A program made the position numbers and the translations under genes. This document shows positions 36,266 through 45,999 of a stretch of 64,000 bases of DNA, piece after piece (position 1 is the first letter of the stretch; every line of letters begins with the position of its first letter). Source of the DNA: Nitrospira sp. (GTDB lineage Bacteria; Nitrospirota; Nitrospiria; Nitrospirales; Nitrospiraceae); assembly GCA_005116745.1 (NCBI GenBank), contig SWDS01000006.1:473708-537707 (forward strand), written 5' to 3'. The notes under the pieces are model-generated. The model was not told the origin of the DNA. It saw only the letters and a list, made by a program, of their open reading frames with translations, and did no database searches.

Positions 36266-36817
36266 ATGGAGATGGTCTTCATCGGATTTGGATCGAACAT
36301 CGGCGATCGAGTCGATTTTTGCGATCGAGCAGTGACGTTGCTCAGCCTCCTCCCACATTCTCGACTTCACGGCGTCTCACTGCTGTATGAAACAGAACCG
36401 GTACGCGACCAGATCGATTCCGGAGAGGGATGGTTCCTCAACGGGGTGGTGCAGCTTGAAACGAACATTACTCCCCGCAGCCTCCTCTCGACACTCCAGG
36501 AAATTGAACGGGCACTTGATCGAGATGAAGACAATCGGTCTGGTCCTCGCACGATCGACTTAGACATTCTCTTTTATGGGGCGCATGTGCTCACGGAGCC
36601 AGGACTGACCATTCCGCATCCTCGTCTCCATCAACGCCGATTCGTCCTGATGCCGATGAATGAACTGGATCCACTCTGGGTCCATCCGACGCTCAACCAA
36701 TCGGTGGCACAGTTACTGACGGCGGCCAAGGACCAGTCTCAAGTGCGTCTCCTGTTCCCTCAGCCTTCAACCAGATACGGGTCACGTCCTGCCTGTAGTT
36801 CGCCACCCAACTCATGA
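36266..36817 (+). CDS. folK: 2-amino-4-hydroxy-6-hydroxymethyldihydropteridine diphosphokinase
   Basis: FIGFGSNIGDR, YETEP, FLNGVV, GPRTIDLDIL, IPHPRL..RRFVL.P. Confidence 0.96.
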   Translation: MEMVFIGFGSNIGDRVDFCDRAVTLLSLLPHSRLHGVSLLYETEPVRDQIDSGEGWFLNGVVQLETNITPRSLLSTLQEIERALDRDEDNRSGPRTIDLDILFYGAHVLTEPGLTIPHPRLHQRRFVLMPMNELDPLWVHPTLNQSVAQLLTAAKDQSQVRLLFPQPSTRYGSRPACSSPPNS

Positions 36818-37677
36818 AGATTATTCGTTCACTGACCCCCATGGCAGCCTGGAGCGAACAACACAGGCGAGAAGGTGTGAGGGTTGGTCTGGTTCCAACC
36901 ATGGGTGCATTGCATGATGGCCATCGGGCACTGATTCGGGCAGCGCGGTTGCGATGCGACGCGCTTGTCGTCAGTATCTTTGTGAATCCTACTCAATTTG
37001 GGCCACAGGAAGACCTCGCCAAGTATCCACGTCCCATCGCGCATGACCACGCGATGTGCCGAAAAGAAGGGGTCGATGTCTGTTTTGAACCGACTGCGGA
37101 AGGGATGTACCCGAAGGGATTTCAAACCGTGGTCACACTTCCCACAATCGCACGACGGTGGGAGGGGGAGATCCGTCCTCATCATTTTTCCGGCGTTGCG
37201 ACCGTCGTGACAAAGCTTTTTGGAATTGTCCGCCCTCAGGTTGCGCTCTTTGGGCAGAAAGATTTCCAGCAATCGGCGCTGGTCCGTCAGTTGGTGAAAG
37301 ATTTGAATCTCGGTGTGGAGATGGTTGTCTGTCCTACCGTCCGTGAAAGAGACGGGCTTGCGATGAGCTCACGCAATGTCTATCTGTCGCAAGAGGAACG
37401 AGTGCGCGCCATCACGCTGTACAAGAGCCTGCGAGCCGGTGCCGAGGTGATTCGGAGAGGCGTCACCGATGGAAAGGCCGTACAGTCAGCGATGGCTCAT
37501 GTTCTCAAGAAAGAACCGGCCATCACGATCGACTATCTGGCACTGTGCGATCCATCTACTCTGGAGCCTCTGTCCATTGTCACGTCGCGAGTTGTGCTGC
37601 TTGGCGCGGTGCGGATAGGATCCGTTCGGCTTATCGATAATCTTCTGGTCACCCTGCCGCGGCGGTCTTCCAAATAG
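36814..37677 (+). CDS. panC: Pantoate-beta-alanine ligase
   Basis: VPTMGALHDGH, SIFVNPTQF, RP.HFSGV.TVV.KLF, FGQKDFQQ, RERDGLAMSSRN, RLIDN. Confidence 0.97.
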   Translation: MKIIRSLTPMAAWSEQHRREGVRVGLVPTMGALHDGHRALIRAARLRCDALVVSIFVNPTQFGPQEDLAKYPRPIAHDHAMCRKEGVDVCFEPTAEGMYPKGFQTVVTLPTIARRWEGEIRPHHFSGVATVVTKLFGIVRPQVALFGQKDFQQSALVRQLVKDLNLGVEMVVCPTVRERDGLAMSSRNVYLSQEERVRAITLYKSLRAGAEVIRRGVTDGKAVQSAMAHVLKKEPAITIDYLALCDPSTLEPLSIVTSRVVLLGAVRIGSVRLIDNLLVTLPRRSSK

Positions 37678-37689
37678 AGCGAGGCGTCT

Positions 37690-38202
37690 TTAGGCGAGAA
37701 GATTGGGATGGAGGCTTTGTCCAACCAGTAAGCTGAGGATGACCTGACTGAGACGGTTCTTGTCATCCGCCACCATTTCGAGAAATCGGATGCCCATCGA
37801 TTCTGGTCGCGAAGAACACACCATGGCCGTCCCAATCTTAATCGGTTCTTCATTGGAAGCCGGTTTGATGACCAGCTCGATAAACGAGCCCTGAGGCAAG
37901 GTTGCCGTCGTCTCGAGCGTGCACCCTCCCATGGATATATCCGTCACGCGATTGTCCATCCGCCTGGCGTTCTCTGCGAGGAGGTTGGCCCTGAACGACA
38001 CGGGCAATCGTTTGTATTGCCGGCGATCCGAGACCGAGGGCTGGGCTGGACGCTGAGCCCGATAGACACGAAAGCGTGCGGTGCAGAGTTGGCACCGGAA
38101 TGAGAACATCCTGAAGCGATTCAAAATTCGCTCGACGGTTCCCTCGTCATAGACGACTCGGACGTAGGGGGTTCCGCAACTTGGGCAGTGTGGATCTCTC
38201 AT
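37690..38202 (-). CDS. Zinc-ribbon + PilZ domain protein (c-di-GMP receptor)
   Basis: CPSCG...CQLC; PilZ motifs DRRQYKR and DISMGG. Confidence 0.9.
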   Translation of the reverse strand: MRDPHCPSCGTPYVRVVYDEGTVERILNRFRMFSFRCQLCTARFRVYRAQRPAQPSVSDRRQYKRLPVSFRANLLAENARRMDNRVTDISMGGCTLETTATLPQGSFIELVIKPASNEEPIKIGTAMVCSSRPESMGIRFLEMVADDKNRLSQVILSLLVGQSLHPNLLA

Positions 38203-38630
38203 GAGCTCTGGGGCACACCGGCGGCATCATGTACCAATAGTCGCTCCGCCGGTCGTTGCTTCTGTTGGACCTCCACAATCGGTTGGATATTCGCTGGTGA
38301 ATAGGTGGGGGGCTTCACCCATTTTCCATCCGCCCGCTTGTAGCCGCCGATTTTGCTCAGATTCGACCGGTGGACTTCCTGAAACACCGGTTCCATATCG
38401 ATCCCGTAGGAAACTGCTGTTCCATAGGTCACATACAGAAGATCTGCCATTTCTTTGGCCACCTCAGCAAGATTTCCAGAGGCCATGGCTTCCTTCAATT
38501 CGTCGAACTCTTCCTGAATGAGTCGAACGCGAAGGTGTTTCGTCTCTTCACTCACATCCATCGGCGTTGTTTGTGTCACAATCTCGAACCTAGTGTGAAA
38601 TGCTTCAACCATGGCTTGTTCGTCGGTCAT
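38199..38630 (-). CDS. MazG-like / all-alpha NTP pyrophosphohydrolase
   Basis: LIQEEFDEL, KEMADLLYV.YG, F.EVHRSN.SK, DGKWVKP. Confidence 0.9.
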   Translation of the reverse strand: MTDEQAMVEAFHTRFEIVTQTTPMDVSEETKHLRVRLIQEEFDELKEAMASGNLAEVAKEMADLLYVTYGTAVSYGIDMEPVFQEVHRSNLSKIGGYKRADGKWVKPPTYSPANIQPIVEVQQKQRPAERLLVHDAAGVPQSS

Positions 38631-38639
38631 GCTGCTCCT

Positions 38640-40010
38640 TCATTCAATATCAAACGGCAAGGTCTTACGCGGAACCACTTCCATCGACTCCAGCACCGGG
38701 ATATCCCGATCCGACGAGACGCCCAATTCTTTGAAACGCCGAGCTGCGGGAAGAATGCGTGTTTCCAGAGAACCGACGGCTCGGTTATACGCCGATACGC
38801 TTTTCCCAAGAGCCTGGCCCACGTCGTTCATATGTTCAGCCAGCACCGCCATGCGTTCATACAGTTCTTTTCCTAACCGACCAGCTTCTTCTGCATGGGC
38901 GGTCATTCGTTCTTGGCGCCAGCCGTAGGCGACTGCACGGAGTAACGCAATGAGTGTTGCTGGAGTCGCCAACACGATTCCGTTTGCGAATCCCTCTTCA
39001 ATGAGCCGGGGGTTCTGGTCCAGCGCCGCACCGAGGAATTGCTCACCTGGGAGAAACAGCACGACAAATTCCGGTGCACGGTCGAACTGCGTCCAGTACG
39101 CTTTCAGCGACAACTCATCCATACGGCTCTTCACTTGAGCTGCGTGGCGACGCAAGGCTTCCAGCTGTTGGGTCTCGCTCTGGGCTTCATGGGCATCAAG
39201 GTACGCAGACAGCACGGTCTTCGCATCCACGATAATTTGGCGTCCGCCAGGCAACTGTACGACCATATCCGGTCGGAAGCGCCCATCGTCGCCCGTGACA
39301 GACGGTTGTTCGATAAAATCACAGTGGTCGACCATGCCTGCCAATTCGGCGACTCGTTTCAGCGTCAATTCGCCCCATTGGCCTCGCACGGTCGGAGCCC
39401 GCAAGGCCTTGACTAAGTTTCCAGTCTCCAGCTGCAACCGTTGCTGCGATTCCGCTAGCGACTTCAAATGTTGATCCAATCCACCGTAGGCCGACTGCCG
39501 AGATTGCTCCAATAAGCGCAACTGTTCATCGTAGCGTTGCAGGGATTCTTGAAGTGGGCGGACCAGCGCATCGACAGCCTGCTGCCGTTGCGCCAAGTCA
39601 CCCTCTGCTTTGACGTGAAGGCTTTCAAACGACACGGCGGCGAGCTTCAAGAATGCCTCGTTATTTTGCTTCAACGCTTCGCCGGATAGAGCTTGGAACG
39701 ACCCCATGAGTTCTTGACGTGTGTGATCAATGAGGACTTTCTGGTCTGTGAGCTGGCGAGCGGCGTTCTCCATTCTGGTTTCCGCAGTGACCCGTGCGTG
39801 TTGAGCGTCGGACAACTCGTGGCGGAGAGAAGCAATCGCGTCTCGTTCTTGGTCTATCTGCCGTCGCAGCTCATCCACCATTGCTTCAGCCCGTTGAGCT
39901 TGAGGTCGGAGACGACTGGTGATCCACAGCCCGGCAAACACCCCGCCTAGGAGCAGTCCTGCTCCGAAACCGATAGAGAGGGGGATGATGTCAATGAGCG
40001 ATTGATCCAT
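38640..40010 (-). CDS. rmuC: DNA recombination protein RmuC
   Basis: RGQWGE..L.R..E.AG, RPDM.V.LP....I.VDAK, PEFVVLFLPGE, TP.TL.ALL, ...ARRFKELGV. Confidence 0.95.
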   Translation of the reverse strand: MDQSLIDIIPLSIGFGAGLLLGGVFAGLWITSRLRPQAQRAEAMVDELRRQIDQERDAIASLRHELSDAQHARVTAETRMENAARQLTDQKVLIDHTRQELMGSFQALSGEALKQNNEAFLKLAAVSFESLHVKAEGDLAQRQQAVDALVRPLQESLQRYDEQLRLLEQSRQSAYGGLDQHLKSLAESQQRLQLETGNLVKALRAPTVRGQWGELTLKRVAELAGMVDHCDFIEQPSVTGDDGRFRPDMVVQLPGGRQIIVDAKTVLSAYLDAHEAQSETQQLEALRRHAAQVKSRMDELSLKAYWTQFDRAPEFVVLFLPGEQFLGAALDQNPRLIEEGFANGIVLATPATLIALLRAVAYGWRQERMTAHAEEAGRLGKELYERMAVLAEHMNDVGQALGKSVSAYNRAVGSLETRILPAARRFKELGVSSDRDIPVLESMEVVPRKTLPFDIE

Positions 40011-40141
40011 GTCACCAGTCCCACTGCAATGAACTGCTACATATAGCGTGAAGACTCACAATTTGAGCGAAGACTACGCAAGGAATTGAAAAACGTCAAG
40101 GAGCAGAAGGCCTGGATCGATCAGCTCTAGTCAATGGCAAG

Positions 40142-42763
40142 TTATGGAAATGGCTCTATACGAATGGTCCCTAATCCGGCATCAATTGAGACCTGCATCC
40201 CATCAGCCAGTCGTGTCATAGCGTCTGCGACATTGACGATAGTTGGGAGTCCATATTCGCGCGCAATAATGGCTCCGTGAGACAGCGTACCGCCCATTTC
40301 CGCGATCAGGCCTCCAGCAAGACCGAAGAGAGGAGCCAAGCCTGGATCGATAACGGAGACTACCAGAATCTCCCCCGCTCTCACCTTGCCCCAATCTGCC
40401 GTTGAACGGATCGTGCGAACGAGACCTGCCACGGTTCCCACGCTAATCGGCATGCCCGACAGGATGCCGATCTGTTCAGATTTATCAGAGGTTATGGTCC
40501 GTTCGCTTGCCGTTTCCCAGTCGCAGATCGTGTCAGGAACTTCAAGTTGTGCGTTGTGTTCGTGCTCAGTTCGCAGTGCTCGAATCTCAGTTTTCCAGTC
40601 ACGTGTGCTTCCAGCCAACAGGTCAGCTCGATCGCTGATCGTCAAGAAAAAGATATCGTCACGGTGGTTGAGCTGGCCCCGCTCGACCAGCAGTTCTCCG
40701 AGGCGCAACAAGAGGGTGCGAATCGCGATTGAGTAATACATCAGGTGGTGCCGGTTCGCTTCACGCAGAGCAAAGAACCGGCCCAATCTACGGTACCACC
40801 ACAAGAACAGGGCCCATCTGTCCAGACGCCAGCCAATTTGCCGTTTGATCTGATCCAGCGCAGTGGTTCTGGTCTCGTCTTGGCGTGAGCGAATGGTTTC
40901 CTGAGAAGGAGCGGTGGAGATGAGTTGGGATCGCAAGATAGCGAGGATCGATTCCGGGTTATCGGCGAGACGCGGAGACATCACATCCGATTCGCCAACC
41001 GCGCGATGGCCATAATCTTCAAGGTATCTATCAAAGGTGCGCAGAAACCTGGTGCTGGCGAGAGCTATCCGAAACGTCGATGGGTTCCATGGTTCAGATA
41101 TCAGAAATGCGTTCACCACTGCTTCATCTCTGGCGATGTCCGTAAGCTCAGCGAGCCGGAGAATCTGCTGGGCGCTGATGACGGTCCCTTGTCCTTGGAG
41201 GGCAGCATTCAGTAGACCTCTCCAGTCTGGACCAAGCCAGTGAGGTAAGTGCTGGCTGAAAATCTGTAGGCATTGCCCGACTCCCCCGGCAATACCGAAC
41301 GTGACTTCACGGCCCTCTAGCCAGAGACCAAGCTTGTCGAGCTCGATCACTAGTTTCTCTACCGAGAGGTGCAGAATGTGATCACGACGATACGTTGCGG
41401 CCAGCGCCTTCATTTCCTCAAACAGACGCGGACCAGATCGTTCCACCCGTCGCATCTCTGCCCACACCATCCAACCCGCGCGGACAAAGGCTGACCCACT
41501 GAGTGGTTGGACCTGTGGCACGGTCTGTAGTGGCTCACCGCCCATCTGTTCGGTATTCATGGAGGGGTCTCCACGAAGCTGAGCGACGAGGATATGGAAA
41601 AGCGTGACGTTTAGATAAGGGCGCCCTTTGAGCACACGGACTGACGTGAGCCCGTCGGGGATACGGCATCCAAGTCTTCGATAGTGCGAGAGGATGTAGG
41701 CGTCCATGAACCGCTCAAGAAAGGAGAGGCTCAGCAGGCTCGGCAGTTCAGGCAGCGTCTCTTTGAAATTCGCGCGCGACCACTCGCAGTCATCATTGGT
41801 GAGATCGGAGGAAGGGCGAATGGCGGTAATCGGTCTGGCCTGCACGATCCACAATTGTCGGGTATCAAACGCCCATTCGAGATCCATTGGCTGTCCGAAG
41901 GACCGTTCGATGTGTTTGGCTGTCTCGGCGAGGGAAAAGAGCTGAACATCAGTGAGTGACGATTGGAGTGTGGCCGCTCCACTGAGGGGATCAGTGCGCA
42001 GTCCATCACTCGAAACCAATAGCCGCTCGAACTTACGGGCAAGTATGCGCCGACGAACCCGAATCGGTTGTCCTTCGTCGGTCACTTCTACGACATACTG
42101 GTCCGGCTTGACCGTGCCGTCGACCAGTGGTGCTGCGAGTCCTGGTACGGCGTTAATCGTCACCTGATTCGATCGTCCAGTCACGGGATGTATGGAATAG
42201 GCGACTCCGGCCGATTGCGCTTCGACCATCGGTTGGACCACCACCGCCATTCTTGGCGCCGTGTGGGTGCTTTGCCGAACCTGGTAGCTCACCACTCGTT
42301 CTTCCCAGAGCGAGGCCCAGAGGTCTTTGATCGCAGCATCAATATCGAAGAGAGCCACGCCAAGGTGTGTGCGATAGAGCCCAGCGAAGCTGGTATGCGC
42401 CATATCCTCATTCGTGGCTGATGACCGGACGGCCCAGCGAGTGTTTGGCGGCTGATGAAGACCTTGGAGCGCAGTCAGACAGTGAGCGGCAAGTTGGGAA
42501 GTCTCTATCCGTCCAATGCGAATCTGGCAGTCGGCCAGCGCCGACGCTCGCTCGTTTCCTGATAATGCATAGGCTTTCTGCCACTCCTCATGCTCAATAA
42601 ACCCTGACGCATGCAGGCTCTGTGTATAGGCCTCTGTTGTGATGCAAAATCCTTGAGGAGCAGAGAAGTCGGCTGTAATGAGGCGAGCGAGTCCAATGGC
42701 CTTGCCTCCCACAAGATTGAGATCGGTACACTGAGACAAGGGAAGGACGATGGGACGGGTCAT
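40142..42763 (-). CDS. PEP-utilizing/PPDK-like phosphotransferase with rifampin phosphotransferase architecture
   Basis: N-terminal ATP-grasp (VGGKA, AVRSSA..ED....SFAG, VVQPMV, DLEWA, QARPIT), a long central domain, and a C-terminal His-swivel (GGTLSHGAIIAREYGLP). Confidence 0.9.
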   Translation of the reverse strand: MTRPIVLPLSQCTDLNLVGGKAIGLARLITADFSAPQGFCITTEAYTQSLHASGFIEHEEWQKAYALSGNERASALADCQIRIGRIETSQLAAHCLTALQGLHQPPNTRWAVRSSATNEDMAHTSFAGLYRTHLGVALFDIDAAIKDLWASLWEERVVSYQVRQSTHTAPRMAVVVQPMVEAQSAGVAYSIHPVTGRSNQVTINAVPGLAAPLVDGTVKPDQYVVEVTDEGQPIRVRRRILARKFERLLVSSDGLRTDPLSGAATLQSSLTDVQLFSLAETAKHIERSFGQPMDLEWAFDTRQLWIVQARPITAIRPSSDLTNDDCEWSRANFKETLPELPSLLSLSFLERFMDAYILSHYRRLGCRIPDGLTSVRVLKGRPYLNVTLFHILVAQLRGDPSMNTEQMGGEPLQTVPQVQPLSGSAFVRAGWMVWAEMRRVERSGPRLFEEMKALAATYRRDHILHLSVEKLVIELDKLGLWLEGREVTFGIAGGVGQCLQIFSQHLPHWLGPDWRGLLNAALQGQGTVISAQQILRLAELTDIARDEAVVNAFLISEPWNPSTFRIALASTRFLRTFDRYLEDYGHRAVGESDVMSPRLADNPESILAILRSQLISTAPSQETIRSRQDETRTTALDQIKRQIGWRLDRWALFLWWYRRLGRFFALREANRHHLMYYSIAIRTLLLRLGELLVERGQLNHRDDIFFLTISDRADLLAGSTRDWKTEIRALRTEHEHNAQLEVPDTICDWETASERTITSDKSEQIGILSGMPISVGTVAGLVRTIRSTADWGKVRAGEILVVSVIDPGLAPLFGLAGGLIAEMGGTLSHGAIIAREYGLPTIVNVADAMTRLADGMQVSIDAGLGTIRIEPFP

Positions 42764-42778
42764 AGCCCGGCATAGTAG

Positions 42779-44116
42779 CTAGAGCAGGAGGAGAAGGTAA
42801 AGGTCGTTCACGTTGGTTCCTGTCGGGCCGGTATGGATATGACATCCAAGAGCTTTCAAAGCAGGGTAGGTATTATGCCGATCTAAGGAGGCGCGGAGAT
42901 CAATGCCGAGTTTCTTTGCTCGTGCGACGGTGCATCCAGTGACAATCGCCCCGGCTGCATCGGTGGGGCCGTCGGTTCCATCGGTGCCTAGGGCTACGAT
43001 CCATGTATTGGGGAGACCGGCGATCTCCAATGCCGCAGAAGCGGCGAACTCCTGGGCACGCCCACCCTTCCCACGGCCCGTGACTGTCACGGTGGTCTCG
43101 CCTCCCGCCACCACGCAACAGGGGCGTTTCAAGATGCCATGCCCTTCGGTAATCGCCTTGGCGAGGTCCGTCAACTGCTTCACTGCCACGCGCGCTTCTC
43201 CCGTGATGGGGTGGGAGACGAACTTCGTGTGGAGGTCCGCCTGTTGTGCGGCGCGCGCGACGGCTTCCAGCATGATCCGGTTGTTCCCGATGATGTGATG
43301 CTGCACGCTGCGCAATCGTCGTGACCCAGGCTTCAGAGTTTCTGTAGCATCTCCTTTTCGCCCTCGGTCCAAGTAGCGGCGTACGGCCTCGGGTACGGCA
43401 CGCCAGCTTCGATATCGCTGCAACACGCCCACTGCGTCCGCGAATGTCGAGAGGTCGCCCGCTGTCGGTCCCGAGCCGATGGAACCGAGATCATCGCCGA
43501 TGACGTCTGAAAGCAGGAGGGTCACAATCTTCGCCCGTGTTGACGCGGCTAGCCCGCCTCCTTTGATCAATGACAAATGTTTTCTCACGACGTTCATTTC
43601 GTTGATGGTTGCACCGCTGTGAAGCAGCAGGCGCGTCGTGCGCTGCTTATCAGGCAGCGTCACACCAGCGACTGGAGCCGGGAGCAGGCTCGATGCACCT
43701 CCGGACAGGAGCACGATCAGCAGATCTCGAGGCGTCAGACATTGTGTCAGACGCAGAAGCCGTTGAGTTGCGTGCAGACCCGCACGATCGGGAATTGGAT
43801 GGCTGGCTTCGAGGATAGTGATCCGTTTGGTCGCGAGGGTGTGACCTGTTTTGACGATGACAAGTCCATCGTCCAGCCTTGGCCCCAGTGCAGTCTCTAA
43901 TGCTTGTGCCATTCTTGCCGAAGCCTTGCCGGCACCGACCACGACAATACGGTCAATGTGTGAAAGGTTGTAGGTGCGACGGCCCACACGCAGGGAGTGG
44001 CGAGTAAGCGCGACGTGTTTGAGCAGGGCGTGGTAGGGATCGGCAGTACTCAGTCCTGCGGCGATCAGCCTGTGAAGAAGTGGCCGTGCCGGAGAGGAGG
44101 AGAGGCGAAGTCGCAT
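42779..44116 (-). CDS. Glycerate kinase type 2 (DUF4147/MOFRL)
   Basis: VGAGKA, ASHPIPD, LSGGASSL, N.VRKHLS..KGG, SDVIGD....IGSGPT, GGETTV, G.GGR.QE, TDGTDG, TGPTGTNVND. Start probably ATG 44116. Confidence 0.93.
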   Translation of the reverse strand: MRLRLSSSPARPLLHRLIAAGLSTADPYHALLKHVALTRHSLRVGRRTYNLSHIDRIVVVGAGKASARMAQALETALGPRLDDGLVIVKTGHTLATKRITILEASHPIPDRAGLHATQRLLRLTQCLTPRDLLIVLLSGGASSLLPAPVAGVTLPDKQRTTRLLLHSGATINEMNVVRKHLSLIKGGGLAASTRAKIVTLLLSDVIGDDLGSIGSGPTAGDLSTFADAVGVLQRYRSWRAVPEAVRRYLDRGRKGDATETLKPGSRRLRSVQHHIIGNNRIMLEAVARAAQQADLHTKFVSHPITGEARVAVKQLTDLAKAITEGHGILKRPCCVVAGGETTVTVTGRGKGGRAQEFAASAALEIAGLPNTWIVALGTDGTDGPTDAAGAIVTGCTVARAKKLGIDLRASLDRHNTYPALKALGCHIHTGPTGTNVNDLYLLLLL

Positions 44117-44126
44117 AGCAAGAGCG

Positions 44127-45176
44127 TTACGGGGTCTTTTCTTGTTTGAAGCAGCGGCTAGGACAGGTCTGCCGAGGCACACGAATTTGATAGGTGCCAT
44201 GAGGGAGCAGATCTTTCTTAAACTCGGGATTTAGCATCTTGAGCTCAAGCAGGTAGGTGCCAAACTCTTCGGCGATTGAGGTCAACGCGCGCTGGGATTC
44301 CTTGACATTGACTGTGATGGTTTCGGTCTCAAGCGGTATATAGAGGTCCTTCTTGGTCAATCCAAGATACTTCTCCGGCTGGGAGTAGATTTCCTTCGCG
44401 GCGATGATACGAGGGACATACCGCATCGTCTCGCGTGGGCCATGCATCTTCCAATAGTCGGCAATGTTTTGCTCTTTGAGCAGCTTGCGGACTCGTTCCT
44501 CGCCGGCATTGTAGGAGGCCATGGCCATGAACCAATCATTCTCCTGAAAGTCTTTGAGGTACTTGAGGTATTTCACGGCTGCTTCGGTCGACATTTCGAG
44601 ATTGCGACGTTCATCTCGGACGGCGTCGCTCTTCAGGCGGTATCGGCGCCCTGTGGATGGGATGAACTGCCAGGGACCTGATGCTTTTGCTTTCGAGTAG
44701 GCGGCGGAAATGCATTTACTCTCGACCAGCAACATGTACTTGAGGTCGTCCGGCAACCCGGCATCAGCCAACTGTTTTTCTGCAGGAGGGAAGCACCGTC
44801 CAGTCCGTTTGGCAAGAATGATGCTTTCCCCTTGATCTTCCAAAAACTGATAGAACTCGTACTCGATCCGCTCTCTCACTTGCCAGTTATCCAAGGGAAC
44901 CGACACGCCTGCAAATGTGATCTTATCGGGCAGCTTAAATGAACTTAGAAAGTACCGTTCTCCCTCGCGTTTGATTTCCGGCAAAATAACCAGACGGTCT
45001 TCTGGTTCGGGTTGTGAATCCAACAGATCCGGCAAGAGCAAATCCTTCTCCACGTCTGATTTGTGGCCACCATGATCTGCTGTTTCTGATGTGGCAAGAG
45101 CTGGAGGACACATTGACAGGATTATGAAGCCGATTCCAACTATAGAAAGCAAGGACTGCATACCACGGATGATCAT
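44127..45176 (-). CDS. Lytic transglycosylase (MltD-like SLT)
   Basis: LPDDLKYM.LVES, S.A.ASG.WQF...TG..Y.L, DERR, A.KYLK.L, W.MA.ASYNAGE, ET.RYVP. Confidence 0.92.
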   Translation of the reverse strand: MIIRGMQSLLSIVGIGFIILSMCPPALATSETADHGGHKSDVEKDLLLPDLLDSQPEPEDRLVILPEIKREGERYFLSSFKLPDKITFAGVSVPLDNWQVRERIEYEFYQFLEDQGESIILAKRTGRCFPPAEKQLADAGLPDDLKYMLLVESKCISAAYSKAKASGPWQFIPSTGRRYRLKSDAVRDERRNLEMSTEAAVKYLKYLKDFQENDWFMAMASYNAGEERVRKLLKEQNIADYWKMHGPRETMRYVPRIIAAKEIYSQPEKYLGLTKKDLYIPLETETITVNVKESQRALTSIAEEFGTYLLELKMLNPEFKKDLLPHGTYQIRVPRQTCPSRCFKQEKTP

Positions 45177-45293
45177 TCTCGAACTCCTCTAGTGCATCCA
45201 GATACAAGCCGTCACAAAATGCAAAACTATGGTAACAGCTCACTTCATCACCAGCAAGCAAAGGGGCCTGTCCGTGTTACACTCTTCCCCCAT

Positions 45294-45980
45294 ATGCGAG
45301 CCTTGACCGTTCTGAACAAGACTATCACTGATTGCACGGCCTGTCCTCGGTTGGTCACTTATCGGAAGGGGATTGCACGGCAGAAACGGAAGCAATATCG
45401 TGATTGGACCTACTGGGGGCGGCCGGTTCCTGGCTTCGGAGATCACCAAGCTCGGCTCTATGTGCTTGGACTGGCTCCTGCGGCACATGGGGGGAATCGG
45501 ACAGGCCGTGTCTTCACCGGTGATCGGAGTGGGGACTGGTTGTATGACGCCCTGTATCGGTATGGATTTGCCAACCAGGCCTTGTCGACACACCAAGAAG
45601 ATGGCCTATCATTGACGGATTGTTACATTGGTGCAACCGTGCGGTGCGCACCGCCGGAGAACAAACCTGCGCCCGATGAGTTTCAACGCTGCAGCCAATT
45701 TTTACAGGATGAAGTTCGTCTCCTGAAAAATCATCGTGTGGTGATTGCGCTAGGAAAGATCGCCTTCGACCACTACCTCAAGACCTGTCGGGCACAAGGG
45801 CACGCTATGCCAGCGCCAGTCCAAAAATTTGGCCATGGAGTCGTCTATCGCTTACCCTGGGGCGTGATACTGCTGGGTTCCTATCACCCCAGCCAGCAAA
45901 ATACGTTTACCGGGAAATTGACTCGCTCGATGTTTCACTCGGTGTTTCAGAGGGCGAGAAAAGAAATCGACTCGGCGTAG
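45294..45980 (+). CDS. Uracil-DNA glycosylase family 5 (UdgB-like)
   Basis: CTACPRL, PVPGFGD, GLAPAAHGGNRTGR.FTGD.SG, VRCAPP.NKP, SYHPSQQN. Start probably ATG 45294. Confidence 0.92.
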   Translation: MRALTVLNKTITDCTACPRLVTYRKGIARQKRKQYRDWTYWGRPVPGFGDHQARLYVLGLAPAAHGGNRTGRVFTGDRSGDWLYDALYRYGFANQALSTHQEDGLSLTDCYIGATVRCAPPENKPAPDEFQRCSQFLQDEVRLLKNHRVVIALGKIAFDHYLKTCRAQGHAMPAPVQKFGHGVVYRLPWGVILLGSYHPSQQNTFTGKLTRSMFHSVFQRARKEIDSA

Positions 45981-45999
45981 TGTAGGCGTGTATTAACAG

